A stretch of DNA of 64,000 nucleotides from assembly GCA_049967255.1 (NCBI GenBank), contig JBMFTB010000001.1, positions 17,017 to 81,016 of the forward strand, read 5' to 3'. Below the pieces are notes generated by a model that did no database searches, was not told the DNA's origin, and saw only the letters and a list, made by a program, of their open reading frames with translations. Positions within the stretch are counted from its first letter, which is position 1; each line of letters opens with the position of its first letter. Origin of the DNA: Thermoplasmata archaeon. Lineage in GTDB: Archaea > Thermoplasmatota > Thermoplasmata > Thermoplasmatales > ARK-15. Shown in pieces: positions 29,184-38,847 of the stretch. The position numbers and the translations under genes are program-made.

Positions 29184-30407
29184 TTAGCCAAATAGGGGCA
29201 TCTTTGATTTTTCACTGGGCTTAGGCAGAAGAAATGTAAAGAATCCGATAATTATGATAAACACAGCAAGAACTTCATAAATAATCACAAGACCTGAATA
29301 ACTGTTTAACAGAAATGAACCTACAACCAAAGGCCCAATAACCATTCCACCTGTGTTTGCTATACCCCATACAAGTGAATTGCTCAAAGATGATGTGCTC
29401 TGTACATAGTCTTTTGTAAGCGCCATCAAAATTGGAAATCCTGTGAAATTAAAGAATGCAAATATCATAAGCAATAATAGGCTGATATATCCTCCAGTCA
29501 GAACGTATCCGATCACCGCTAAACCAGATCCTATTGTAGATAAGATCAGCAGGTACCTTCTATCAAATTTGTCTGCTAGTATACCAAATAAAGGTTGTCC
29601 TATAATAGCTATGGTATATATTATCGTCATTGTTGTACCTAAAGATAGGCTCAATCCCATTCCTCTCGTATAAGTTAAGTAGAAAGGTATCCAGCTTACA
29701 ATTCCTTGTGTTGCCAAAGCTCTTGCAAAGGTAAGTATTGAAAGAATAAGTATACCTTTTGTAATTGCATTTTTTATTGATTTGCCCATATTTTCTTTTT
29801 TCTGTTTTATGTCTATTTTCACAATGTTTTTCAATTCAAAATATATCATCAGAGCTACAAGAAATCCAAGTGCTGAAAGAAAACCAAGAGAGGCTGAGTA
29901 GGTGAACAGGACTGCAATTCCAAAGAAAATGGCAGGATAAATTGCCCTTCCAATACTTCCAAGCCCACCATTTATACCGAGTGCTTTTCCTACTTTATTT
30001 CTGGTTACAACATTTTGAAGCACTGCTGCACCAAGAGGATGGTAATAACCTGTACCTACCCCTAGAACAATTGTAGAAAGTACTACAAGAGTTATGAGAA
30101 ATGTCGATGGTGGGATAAGCAATGATACCATAAATATAATTAATCCCAAAGACAACAATGCAATGCCTATGGCAATTCCTTCACCATACCTCTTTGTCTT
30201 GTCCGCCCTGACGCTTATGAATGTTGTAAATACAGCCGATGAACCGTAGTATATTGCGAATAATATGCCAATGATCCAAGGGCTAAATGATTTTTGCACA
30301 GAAAGCAATGTAGTCAGAACGGGAAAAAGAAAGAATACACCATCATTGATGAAATGACCTAAAGATGTGAACAATACCGCTTTATTTTCCAATTTAATTT
30401 CAATCAT
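29184..30407 (-). CDS. MFS transporter
   Basis: 407 aa, about 12 hydrophobic segments, loop 'ADKFDRRYLL' (MFS motif A-like). Confidence 0.8.
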   Translation of the reverse strand: MIEIKLENKAVLFTSLGHFINDGVFFLFPVLTTLLSVQKSFSPWIIGILFAIYYGSSAVFTTFISVRADKTKRYGEGIAIGIALLSLGLIIFMVSLLIPPSTFLITLVVLSTIVLGVGTGYYHPLGAAVLQNVVTRNKVGKALGINGGLGSIGRAIYPAIFFGIAVLFTYSASLGFLSALGFLVALMIYFELKNIVKIDIKQKKENMGKSIKNAITKGILILSILTFARALATQGIVSWIPFYLTYTRGMGLSLSLGTTMTIIYTIAIIGQPLFGILADKFDRRYLLILSTIGSGLAVIGYVLTGGYISLLLLMIFAFFNFTGFPILMALTKDYVQSTSSLSNSLVWGIANTGGMVIGPLVVGSFLLNSYSGLVIIYEVLAVFIIIIGFFTFLLPKPSEKSKMPLFG

Positions 30408-30578
30408 AGATAATCTACATATAGATAAATTATTTATACTTTTCCTTCAAACTAAAAATTTAAATTCTAATTTAAAAATGAAAAAATTTTATACGGAATA
30501 GGTTTTACCTTCAAACAATGGATGAATCATTGTTCTATTTTGGAAAAATTTTCCTGAATATAGGGGTGAATTTTAAGA

Positions 30579-31703
30579 ATGGTATATGAGATTTCAGAAG
30601 AAAATAAATTAATTTTAACACAAATGGAAGAATTTGCAAAAAAGAAAATTGAGCCAATAGCTAAAACTATAGATATTGAGGACCATATACCAAATGAATT
30701 TTATAAAGAAATGCAGGAATACGGGCTTCTCACATTAACAATACCAGAAAGTTATGGTGGTTTGGGTCTTGACATGTTTACTTATTCTAAAATACTTGAA
30801 ATTGTTGGAAGATATTCTGGGGGCCTTGCATTGAGTCTAGAAGCACATAATAGTCTTGGTCTGAACCATGTATATCTTTTTGCATCAGAAGAAATAAAAA
30901 AAATGGTTATAGAATATACAATAAAGCATGCTAGACCTGTTGCATGGGCACTTACAGAACCATCCTCAGGAACTGATGCTAAGAATATGTCAACAACTTA
31001 TAAAAAAGAAGGTAAACACTATATTATTAATGGATCTAAAATATTCATAACACATGGTGCAAGTTCAAAATACATTGTTTTGATGGCAAAAGGTGATCAA
31101 GGCATAAATGCATTTCTTATAGATGGAGATTCTCCAGGTGTTGAAAGGAATAAAATAAAGGATAAGCTGGGTGTAAGGGGAAGTGATACGGCAGAATTGA
31201 TTTTCAATAATTTTTTAGTTCCAGAAGAACGTTTGATAGGGAATCCTGGTGAAGGATTCAAGCAGGCAATGAAAATATTGGAGGGAGGAAGAATTGCAAT
31301 AGCTGGAATAGCGCTTGGTTTGGCTGAGGCATCATTAAATTCAAGCATAGAATATGCCAAGGAAAGAAAAGCCTTTGGAACAACGATTTCACAGTTTGAG
31401 GGCATACAGTTTTATCTTGCGGATATGGCAACAAATATTCAGGCAGCAAGATTACTTATAGAACATGCCGCAGAACTCTACGATAAAGGAATACCCGCTA
31501 GAAAAGAAATTTCAATGGCAAAATATTTTGCAAGCCAGGTAGCTATGGATGCAGCCAGAACAGCAATACAGATTCACGGTGGGTACGGATATTTCAGAGA
31601 TTTTGGCATAGAAAGATATCTAAGGGATTCAAAGTTGATGGAAATAGGGGAAGGGACAAATGAAGTGCAAAAAATGATAATAGCGAAAGAGCTATTAAAA
31701 TAA
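30579..31703 (+). CDS. acyl-CoA dehydrogenase
   Basis: 'ALTEPSSGTDA', 'ITHG', C-terminal 'IGEGTNEVQKMIIAKELLK'. Confidence 0.9.
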   Translation: MVYEISEENKLILTQMEEFAKKKIEPIAKTIDIEDHIPNEFYKEMQEYGLLTLTIPESYGGLGLDMFTYSKILEIVGRYSGGLALSLEAHNSLGLNHVYLFASEEIKKMVIEYTIKHARPVAWALTEPSSGTDAKNMSTTYKKEGKHYIINGSKIFITHGASSKYIVLMAKGDQGINAFLIDGDSPGVERNKIKDKLGVRGSDTAELIFNNFLVPEERLIGNPGEGFKQAMKILEGGRIAIAGIALGLAEASLNSSIEYAKERKAFGTTISQFEGIQFYLADMATNIQAARLLIEHAAELYDKGIPARKEISMAKYFASQVAMDAARTAIQIHGGYGYFRDFGIERYLRDSKLMEIGEGTNEVQKMIIAKELLK

Positions 31704-31719
31704 AATGGAGGTATGAAAA

Positions 31720-33078
31720 ATGGGAAATAGAGTGGCGATGATCGCAGGAGGAATGACGCAGTTTGCAAAATCTAGAAAGGATTCCACGCAGGAAGAACTT
31801 GTCATGGAAGCGGCGAAAATGGCATTGTTTGAAAATGATCTGAAAATAGATCCACTTGATGTAAAGAAAATGATTGATGGTACAATAGTGAGCTATTTTT
31901 CTGATCATTTTGAAAGACAGTTACTTTTCGGTGCAATCATAAGAGACTATATTGGTTTTAATCCCATACAGAGCGCAAGAATAGAAGGTGGTGGTGCTAC
32001 AGGTGGATTGGGCCTTAAAGCAGGGTATGAAATGGTAAAATCAGGCGATGCAAGCCTTGTACTTGTAATGGGTTTTGAAAAAATGTCAGAAGTAAGTACA
32101 AGCAAGGGGAATGAATTTATTGCGTTAGCATCGGATACAGATTTTGATTTTCCCGTAGGTGGCTATTATTCTGCATACTATGCAGCTATGGCAACCAGAT
32201 ACATGTATGAATTTGGTATTACTGAAAAACAGATGGCAAAGGTAGCTGTAAAGAATAGAAACAATGCACAGTACAATTTCTTTGCGCAAACAAATGCAAA
32301 GAATCCATATGCAACAAAAAGTACATCTGGTTTCATAACAATATATGATGTATTGAAGTCGGATATGATTTCAACACCTCTGAAGAGGCTTGATTGTTGC
32401 CTTATGAGCGATGGTGCAGCTGTAGCACTTCTTGCAGATGAATCTATTGCCAGGGAATTGACAGATAAGCCTGTAATAATTGAGGGAGTTGGCAATGGTA
32501 CAGATACAATGAGACCAGCGGATAGACCAACAACTGTTGGAGGTCTTATCAAAGATGATCTTCTCCTTCCGCATGAAAAACCAGAATGGTATGAAGATAT
32601 GGTTTATCCAGGATTGCATTCGTTCAGGGCTGGAAGAAAGGCTGCAAAAATGGCATACAACATGGCTGGCATTACAAATCCCCTTGAACAAATTGATGTT
32701 GTAGAACTACATGATGCCTATACATCTAGTGAACTTCAAACGTATGAAGATCTTGGTTTGGCAAGGTACGGTGAAGGAGGAAAACTTATTGATTCTGCTC
32801 CATTCGATGATGAAAAAGGTGTTTTCAGGGATGTTAATCCGAAGCTTGCAAACAGAATTCATGTAAATCCATCGGGTGGTTTGCTTGGTTGCATGCATGC
32901 AGTTGGTGCTACTGGAATAATGCAAGCTGTTAGTGTTATGTGGCAGATCCAGGGAAAGATAAAGAAATTTTATGGAAGCGATAAGCTTCAAGTTAAAGAT
33001 GCAAGAAGGGGTCTTGCCCATAGCCATGCAGGAACAGGTAGTGATGTTACTGTTTTTGTATTAGGTAGGGGATGGTAA
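31720..33078 (+). CDS. thiolase-like acetyl-CoA/propanoyl-CoA C-acyltransferase (archaeal SCP-x type)
   Basis: 452 aa; 'LDCCLMSDGAAA' active-site Cys region; 'NPSGGLLGCMHAVGATG'. Confidence 0.85.
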   Translation: MGNRVAMIAGGMTQFAKSRKDSTQEELVMEAAKMALFENDLKIDPLDVKKMIDGTIVSYFSDHFERQLLFGAIIRDYIGFNPIQSARIEGGGATGGLGLKAGYEMVKSGDASLVLVMGFEKMSEVSTSKGNEFIALASDTDFDFPVGGYYSAYYAAMATRYMYEFGITEKQMAKVAVKNRNNAQYNFFAQTNAKNPYATKSTSGFITIYDVLKSDMISTPLKRLDCCLMSDGAAVALLADESIARELTDKPVIIEGVGNGTDTMRPADRPTTVGGLIKDDLLLPHEKPEWYEDMVYPGLHSFRAGRKAAKMAYNMAGITNPLEQIDVVELHDAYTSSELQTYEDLGLARYGEGGKLIDSAPFDDEKGVFRDVNPKLANRIHVNPSGGLLGCMHAVGATGIMQAVSVMWQIQGKIKKFYGSDKLQVKDARRGLAHSHAGTGSDVTVFVLGRGW

Positions 33079-33080
33079 AC

Positions 33081-33608
33081 ATGTCTGTTGGAGAAAAATA
33101 TGTTTCAAAAAATAAAAATCCATTAATAGTGGACTTTCCATATTCTATACTGTACAAACATACATTTGGTGAGGTTTCACCATTCTTTATAGGCTTGAAA
33201 AACAAGAAACTTCTCGGAAATGTTTGCAGGAACAAAGAAAAACACAGGAATGGAAAAGATTTACTTTTCCTGCCCCCGAGGGCTGATTGTCCCGAATGTA
33301 TGGCTGAGATTACGGAATGGGTGGATCTTACAGATGCGGATATTAGAATTTATACATTCACAACAGCATACTTTGCAGGTGAAACATTTCTTAGTAGAGT
33401 TCCATTCACACTCATAAACATAGATGTTCAGGGGTATGACAATTCATATTCTAAATTAACAAGCACCCTTGTAATAAATGAACCAGGTGAAATAAACATT
33501 GAACAGAAGGATATAAGAATAGGAATGAAAATAAAGCCGAAGTTCAGGGATGTACCGCTTGAGAAGGTGGATGCCTCAACATTATACTTTGTTCCAGCTG
33601 AAAAATAA
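33081..33608 (+). CDS. DUF35 Zn-ribbon/OB-fold protein (thiolase partner)
   Basis: 'CRNKEKH..CPECMAE' ribbon followed by an OB-like region. Overlaps or abuts the thiolase stop. ATG 33081 is preferred because a GGGG lies about 9 nt upstream. Confidence 0.75.
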   Translation: MSVGEKYVSKNKNPLIVDFPYSILYKHTFGEVSPFFIGLKNKKLLGNVCRNKEKHRNGKDLLFLPPRADCPECMAEITEWVDLTDADIRIYTFTTAYFAGETFLSRVPFTLINIDVQGYDNSYSKLTSTLVINEPGEINIEQKDIRIGMKIKPKFRDVPLEKVDASTLYFVPAEK

Positions 33609-33668
33609 AAAACCTTAAAAAGAGAGAAAGCTTTCAGGTATCTTACAAGCCGGAAGGTGTAATTTAAA

Positions 33669-34196
33669 ATGGTAAGAAAACCGGGTAGAATGTACAGGAA
33701 GATTACGGGTCCAGCATACACAAGAAAGGAATACATATCGGGGATCCCGCAACCGAGGATTCATGAGTTTGAGCATGGTGATTTGAAAAACCAGTTCAGG
33801 TTCGGATATGTTCTAAATTTAATTGCAGAAGAGGATTGCCAGATTAGACATACTGCCCTGGAGGCTGCAAGGGTAGCGGCAAATAAGTATCTAATGACTT
33901 CTCTAGGTGGAACAAACTATTACTTGAAAATAAGGGTTTATCCGCATCATGTGCTCAGGGAACATAAAATGGCAACAGGTGCAGGTGCAGATAGGATATC
34001 TAGTGGTATGAGCCTGGCATTTGGCAAACCTGTGGGCACAGCTGCAAGGGTAAAATCTGGTGAAACAATCCTTTTCGTTAGAGTTGATGAAGAAAATATT
34101 GAAAAGGCAAAGGAAGGTTTAAGAAAAGCAATGATGAAATTACCCACACCTTCCAGAATAGAAATACTTCCTCTCAAGGGACAGGAATCTGGTTAA
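33669..34196 (+). CDS. rpl10e: 50S ribosomal protein L10e (uL16)
   Basis: 'MVRKPGRMYRKITGPAYTRKEYISGIP', 'RVYPHHVLREHKMATGAGADR'. Confidence 0.93.
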   Translation: MVRKPGRMYRKITGPAYTRKEYISGIPQPRIHEFEHGDLKNQFRFGYVLNLIAEEDCQIRHTALEAARVAANKYLMTSLGGTNYYLKIRVYPHHVLREHKMATGAGADRISSGMSLAFGKPVGTAARVKSGETILFVRVDEENIEKAKEGLRKAMMKLPTPSRIEILPLKGQESG

Positions 34197-34824
34197 ACTC
34201 TCTCAGAAGAAAATTTTTTTCATCATCTTTTAATGCTTTTAAATTGGTTGAGATTAAAAGAACACCTTTCCCAGCACTTACGATATCCTTCACTGTTGTC
34301 AATGCTCTTGCAAGGTTTTGGAATCCATTGCTTGCACTTAAAAGTTCTATCCCCTCAAGAAGTATTACACCCTTTGCATTATTTTTTATGAAATCGTTAA
34401 TGCTATTGGCAATAATGGTCAAATCTGTTGGCTGCAGGGATGAAAAATCTTTCCTCGTATCCAACCCCACCTTGGAAAGCCATATGAATTTAACATTTTT
34501 TGCCGTGTCATAGAAGGAAATACTCTCAGGATGAGTTCTTGTTATGCATAGACCATTAGAGCCCCTTGAAACAGCCTGCTTGAAAATATTGTAACTTTCA
34601 ACAGGCTTTTCTTCATCAATCAAATATGATTCTCCAAATTTTAAGGTCAAAGATGGTTTTTGTCTTTGATTTTTATTCATTATTATCTTTAGCTTCTTTT
34701 CATAAGATTTTACAATAGAATCAATATCACTTTTCCCTATGCTTTCCTTGTTTGATATATTCTTTAAATCATCTAAAAGTTTCAGGAAAAGTGAATAAAT
34801 CATATCGTTTTTTTGATTGTCCAT
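34174..34824 (-). CDS. DUF835-like protein
   Basis: 'GLCITRTHPESI..FIWLSK..ILLEGIELL' pattern typical of archaeal DUF835. Assignment is from memory. Confidence 0.5.
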   Translation of the reverse strand: MDNQKNDMIYSLFLKLLDDLKNISNKESIGKSDIDSIVKSYEKKLKIIMNKNQRQKPSLTLKFGESYLIDEEKPVESYNIFKQAVSRGSNGLCITRTHPESISFYDTAKNVKFIWLSKVGLDTRKDFSSLQPTDLTIIANSINDFIKNNAKGVILLEGIELLSASNGFQNLARALTTVKDIVSAGKGVLLISTNLKALKDDEKNFLLREFNQIPVP

Positions 34825-34879
34825 AAAAAATAATCATTAATAAGGTATCTATAAATTTTTCTTTAATTTAAGGTAAGGT

Positions 34880-35412
34880 TAGAGGTTTGGGGGGAAGCTG
34901 TAAATCTCAATTGCTTCAGCAATGAAATACACGTATTTTTCCTTATAAAAATTTTATAAATATTATTTTATATCAATAAATTATGATAGTGGTCACCAGA
35001 GAGAAACATAACCCTTGAAAAACAGAAGATCCTATTGGAAAAACAATTAGGTAGTTGCAGATTCTTATACAATCACTTTCTAGAAGAACGGGACAGATTA
35101 GTATATAATACATAAAGATGCAGAGAAGTCCTCACTGACCTGTCTCTATACACAGAATATGCTCATATAACTAAAGAAGAAATATCCATGACTTTGCGAA
35201 GTCAATTTTCAATTGCTGCAGATGTACTTGCACTTCTTTGAAAATGCATTCAAGAACATAAGGAAAATGAGGTTGATAAAAGTAGGATTTGTGCAGTTCG
35301 AATCTAAGCCTGTGGAGTTCGCCACTTCGGGCTTATATGGAATATATTCATACAGGCAGATGTCGCTTTTTGAAGCAAAAAGCTCCGATGCTTCAGCTGA
35401 GGAGTAGCTCAT
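34880..35412 (+). mobile_element. internally deleted IS200/IS605-type remnant (tnpB pseudogene plus retained right end)
   Basis: TnpB N-terminal signatures in one frame, broken by stops: 'ITLEKQKILLEKQLGSCRFLYNHFLEERDRL..*', then 'KKKYP*LCEVNFQLLQMYLHFFENAFKNIRKMRLIKVGFVQFESKP'. About 30 codons later the frame ends '..EAKSSDASAEE*'. RuvC and Zn-finger regions are absent. The end GGAGTAGCTCAT resembles the intact IS end GGGGTAGTTCAC. Confidence 0.6.
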
Positions 35413-35469
35413 ATCTTTTTTGCAATATTTTAAATATCAGGTTTGAAATTATCATCATGGTGAAGAAGT

Positions 35470-36585
35470 ATGAAATCTCTCCTTAAGGATGTATTATCCA
35501 AATCCTACACGAATGAAAATCTTTATAAAAATCAAGAACCAGTTACTGAAACAGAGGAAGATAAAGAACTTGAAGAAATTTTAAAGGGTCTTAAAACTGT
35601 AATAAGAATAATCGGGTGTGGTGGTGGAGGATCAAACACAATCACTAGAATAATGGAGGAAGGAGTAGTAGGTGCTGAATTAATAGCTGCAAATACAGAT
35701 GCTCAACATCTGCTGATTACAAAGGCACAGAAAAAAATATTACTAGGTAAAAGAACAACAAGGGGTCTTGGTGCGGGTGCAATTCCTCAGATAGGTGAAG
35801 AGGCGGCAAGGGAAGCAGAGGATAAAATTAAGGAAGTGCTTCAGGGCTCAGATATAGTATTCATTACCTGTGGGTTGGGTGGTGGCACAGGCACTGGTTC
35901 TGCACCTTTTGTTGCTAAGGTAGCAAAAGAACTTGGTGCATTGACAATAGCTGTTTGTACCCTTCCATTTGCATCAGAGGGCAGATCAAGGATGGAAAAT
36001 GCAACCTACGGTCTGGATAAGCTCAGGGAAACATCAGATACAGTAATTACAATACCAAATGATAAACTTTTAGAGATTGTTCCGAGAATGCCCCTAAATG
36101 ATGCATTTAAGGTCGCTGATACCGTTTTAATGAGGGCCATTAAGGGGCTTACAGAAATGATCACTAAGCCAGGTCTTGTAAATCTGGATTTCAACGATTT
36201 AAGAACAATTATGAAGGATGGTGGAGTTGCAATGATTGGTGTTGGTGAGAGTGAATCACCTGGAGATGAGCGTGCACAGGAAGCATTAAACGATGCTATA
36301 AACTCTCCACTCCTTGAAGTTGATATATCATCCGCAACAGGCGTTCTTGTTCATGTTATTGGAGGACCTGAAATGACAGTATCCGAAGCCCAAACAATTG
36401 TTGAAGAGGTTCATAAGCGTGTTGGAGATAAGGCAAGGATAATATGGGGTGCTGCTATTGATCCTGATTTTGAAGGGAAGATTAATGTAATGATCGTGGC
36501 CACAGGTGTTAAATCAAAACAGATCATGGGCAAAATCACGGAGCAGGAACTAAGGGAAAGGCATGGAGTAGACGTGATTAAGTGA
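35470..36585 (+). CDS. ftsZ: cell division GTPase FtsZ
   Basis: 'IGCGGGGSN', tubulin signature '[12 protein letters not shown]', 'NDKLL', 'NLDFNDL'. Confidence 0.95.
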   Translation: MKSLLKDVLSKSYTNENLYKNQEPVTETEEDKELEEILKGLKTVIRIIGCGGGGSNTITRIMEEGVVGAELIAANTDAQHLLITKAQKKILLGKRTTRGLGAGAIPQIGEEAAREAEDKIKEVLQGSDIVFITCGLGGGTGTGSAPFVAKVAKELGALTIAVCTLPFASEGRSRMENATYGLDKLRETSDTVITIPNDKLLEIVPRMPLNDAFKVADTVLMRAIKGLTEMITKPGLVNLDFNDLRTIMKDGGVAMIGVGESESPGDERAQEALNDAINSPLLEVDISSATGVLVHVIGGPEMTVSEAQTIVEEVHKRVGDKARIIWGAAIDPDFEGKINVMIVATGVKSKQIMGKITEQELRERHGVDVIK

Positions 36586-36613
36586 TTTTTAATAACGGAT
36601 AGGTGATAAATAC

Positions 36614-38065
36614 ATGTATAATGGTCCAATTGAAAAGATAGACAATTTTAGATGGAAAATACCAAAGACGTACAAAAAAGGTATGCGTGTAGATGGTATT
36701 ATATTTGCATCAGAGCATATGATAGAAGAGATTAAAAAGGATAATGCTCCCGAACAGGTGGCAAACGTTGCATTTCTTCCGGGCATTATAAGGGCATCCT
36801 ATGCAATGCCGGATATTCACTGGGGCTATGGATTTCCTATTGGTGGCGTTGCAGCATTTGATTATGATGATGGGATAATCAGCCCTGGGGGCGTAGGATA
36901 TGATATAAACTGTGGTGTAAAGATGTTGAGAACAGATCTAACAATAAAAGATGTTCAGCCAAAAATAAAGGAACTCATTGATGCAATATTCAAGGAAGTT
37001 CCAAGTGGAGTTGGGTCTGAGGGAAAAATAAAACTGAACAGGAACGAATTGAATAATGTCCTTGCAGAAGGTGCAAAATGGGCAGTTTCAAATGGATTTG
37101 GCTGGGAAGAAGATCTTGAAAGAATAGAAGAAAATGGTAGGATATCTAATGCTGATCCTTCAAAGGTATCTGATAAGGCAAAGTCAAGGGGTGCCCCGCA
37201 ACTAGGTTCTTTAGGTGCTGGAAACCATTTCCTTGAAGTTCAGGTTGTGGATAAAATATACATACCTGACATTGCTAAAAAATTCGGCATAACAGAAGAG
37301 GGGCAAGTAACAGTGATGATACATACCGGTTCAAGGGGTCTGGGTCATCAGGTAGCAACGGATTATATAGAGATTATGGAAAGTGCTACAAAAAAATATA
37401 ACATTCAATTACCAGACAAGCAGCTGGCAAGCGCACCTATACATTCCAAGGAGGCACAGGATTACATTTCAGCAATGGCAGCAGCTGCAAATTTCGGATT
37501 TGTAAACAGGCAGATGATCAATCACTGGGCAAGAACTGCTTTTGAAAAGATATTTAATGCATCTGCTGAAGCCCTTGGTATGCACGTGATATATTCACTT
37601 GCACATAACATTGCTAAAATAGAAGAATATGAAATTGATGGTAGAACAAAAAAGGTAATTGTTCACAGGAAGGGTGCTACAAGGGCCTTTCCAGCAGGAC
37701 ATCCTGCTCTTCCGAAAATTTATATGGATATAGGGCAGCCTGTCCTAATACCCGGGGATATGGGAAGGGCATCATATTTACTTGTTGGAACAGATCAGGC
37801 AATGCATGAAACATTTGGCTCTACGTGCCATGGAGCAGGCAGAATATTATCAAGAAATGAAGCACTTAGAAGGTACAGGGGTGAACAGGTAAAAAGGGAT
37901 CTATTGCAGAAAGGCATATATGTAAAATCGGCGAGTTCAGATGTTGCTGCAGAAGAGGCACCAGGTGCGTACAAAAATGTTGATGACGTTGTAGAGGCTG
38001 TACAGGGCGCAAATATTTCAAAAATAGTGGTAAGGATGAGGCCAATAGGGGTAATGAAGGGCTAA
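36614..38065 (+). CDS. rtcB: RNA-splicing ligase RtcB
   Basis: 'PDIHWGYGFPIGG', 'GYDINCGV', 'GAGNHFLE', 'HTGSRGLGHQ', 'STCHGAGR'. Confidence 0.95.
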   Translation: MYNGPIEKIDNFRWKIPKTYKKGMRVDGIIFASEHMIEEIKKDNAPEQVANVAFLPGIIRASYAMPDIHWGYGFPIGGVAAFDYDDGIISPGGVGYDINCGVKMLRTDLTIKDVQPKIKELIDAIFKEVPSGVGSEGKIKLNRNELNNVLAEGAKWAVSNGFGWEEDLERIEENGRISNADPSKVSDKAKSRGAPQLGSLGAGNHFLEVQVVDKIYIPDIAKKFGITEEGQVTVMIHTGSRGLGHQVATDYIEIMESATKKYNIQLPDKQLASAPIHSKEAQDYISAMAAAANFGFVNRQMINHWARTAFEKIFNASAEALGMHVIYSLAHNIAKIEEYEIDGRTKKVIVHRKGATRAFPAGHPALPKIYMDIGQPVLIPGDMGRASYLLVGTDQAMHETFGSTCHGAGRILSRNEALRRYRGEQVKRDLLQKGIYVKSASSDVAAEEAPGAYKNVDDVVEAVQGANISKIVVRMRPIGVMKG

Positions 38066-38751
38066 AAAATGTAAAAAAAGTCGAAGAAATAGGATAAAAT
38101 GAAAGCTATTAACATTGAAAATATGAATGGCGTTTGGTACTTTATCCATTCACCATTTACATATAGATGTGTGAAAATGTAATTTAATTTTTTTTCAGCT
38201 TTATTTTTAATATTTTTAATCAGCACATAAATCATAAAAATTATTGCATTGATTATAGCAGCGTAAAAAATCACTTCCAACGAATAAGGAAAGACAATAG
38301 AAACTATCTCTCTATTAGAGTAAAAATTTGTAAAAAGCTGTGGATAAAGGGGATTTAGGAGTGAAATTGCCATTATTGCCCTTGCATCTGCCTTACCACC
38401 AATTGCGCCAAAATGGTATAAATATTTATAGGCAAGGAGAAGAACACCATCAACGAATAAAAATTTATGTTCATTTGTAAAAAGAAGCAACATAAGAAGT
38501 GTAATGAAAAAAACCAAATCAATATAATTTTCATAATTTTTAATATCAATAAACCATAAAAAGAATATGAGAATCAATACTGTCAAATATAAAAAATCTG
38601 AAGTATATTCTATGATTAAAAATATGGATGCAACAATACCCATCAATAGCCATAAAAAACTTGTAATTTCCCTATCCTTTAAATCCTGATAGGAGCCTAT
38701 CCCAAGGAATACAATCCCTGTTATAAACTTTAGAATATTTATCAAATCCAT
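38062..38751 (-). CDS. A24-family aspartic peptidase-like membrane protein (prepilin/preflagellin peptidase homologue)
   Basis: Polytopic. First Asp motif 'GSYQDLKDREIT'; second 'GAIGGKADARAI' (a GGADAK-like variant). Confidence 0.55.
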   Translation of the reverse strand: MDLINILKFITGIVFLGIGSYQDLKDREITSFLWLLMGIVASIFLIIEYTSDFLYLTVLILIFFLWFIDIKNYENYIDLVFFITLLMLLLFTNEHKFLFVDGVLLLAYKYLYHFGAIGGKADARAIMAISLLNPLYPQLFTNFYSNREIVSIVFPYSLEVIFYAAIINAIIFMIYVLIKNIKNKAEKKLNYIFTHLYVNGEWIKYQTPFIFSMLIAFILSYFFDFFYIF

Positions 38752-38817
38752 TAATTTGACATGAACAATTAATGATTTTAATTTATCATTCTTTAAATGA
38801 GAAAGATTTAAATATTA

Positions 38818-38833
38818 TTACTCATTTGAGTAA
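38818..38833. promoter_or_regulatory. perfect 7-bp inverted repeat TTACTCA-TT-TGAGTAA between the TATA-like box and the start of the cluster
   Basis: Read directly. Lies 15 nt upstream of the ATG at 38848 and just downstream of 'aaagatttaaatatta'. Confidence 0.3.
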
Positions 38834-38847
38834 TAAGGTGATGTAAA

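Noticed and set aside
35209-35412. ORFs 35213..35407 (+) and 35209..35412 (-) upstream of ftsZ
   Set aside because: They lie inside the degraded IS605 remnant. The plus-strand ORF is a fused leftover of TnpB N- and C-terminal fragments (TTG start) and is not an independent gene.
35390-35457. C/D-box sRNA-like arrangement on the minus strand (ATGATGA ... CTGA ... ATGAGC ... CTGA)
   Set aside because: The D'-to-C' spacer is about 24 nt, far longer than in canonical archaeal C/D sRNAs. The C' box is poor and there is no terminal stem. The locus overlaps the IS remnant end and the ftsZ promoter.
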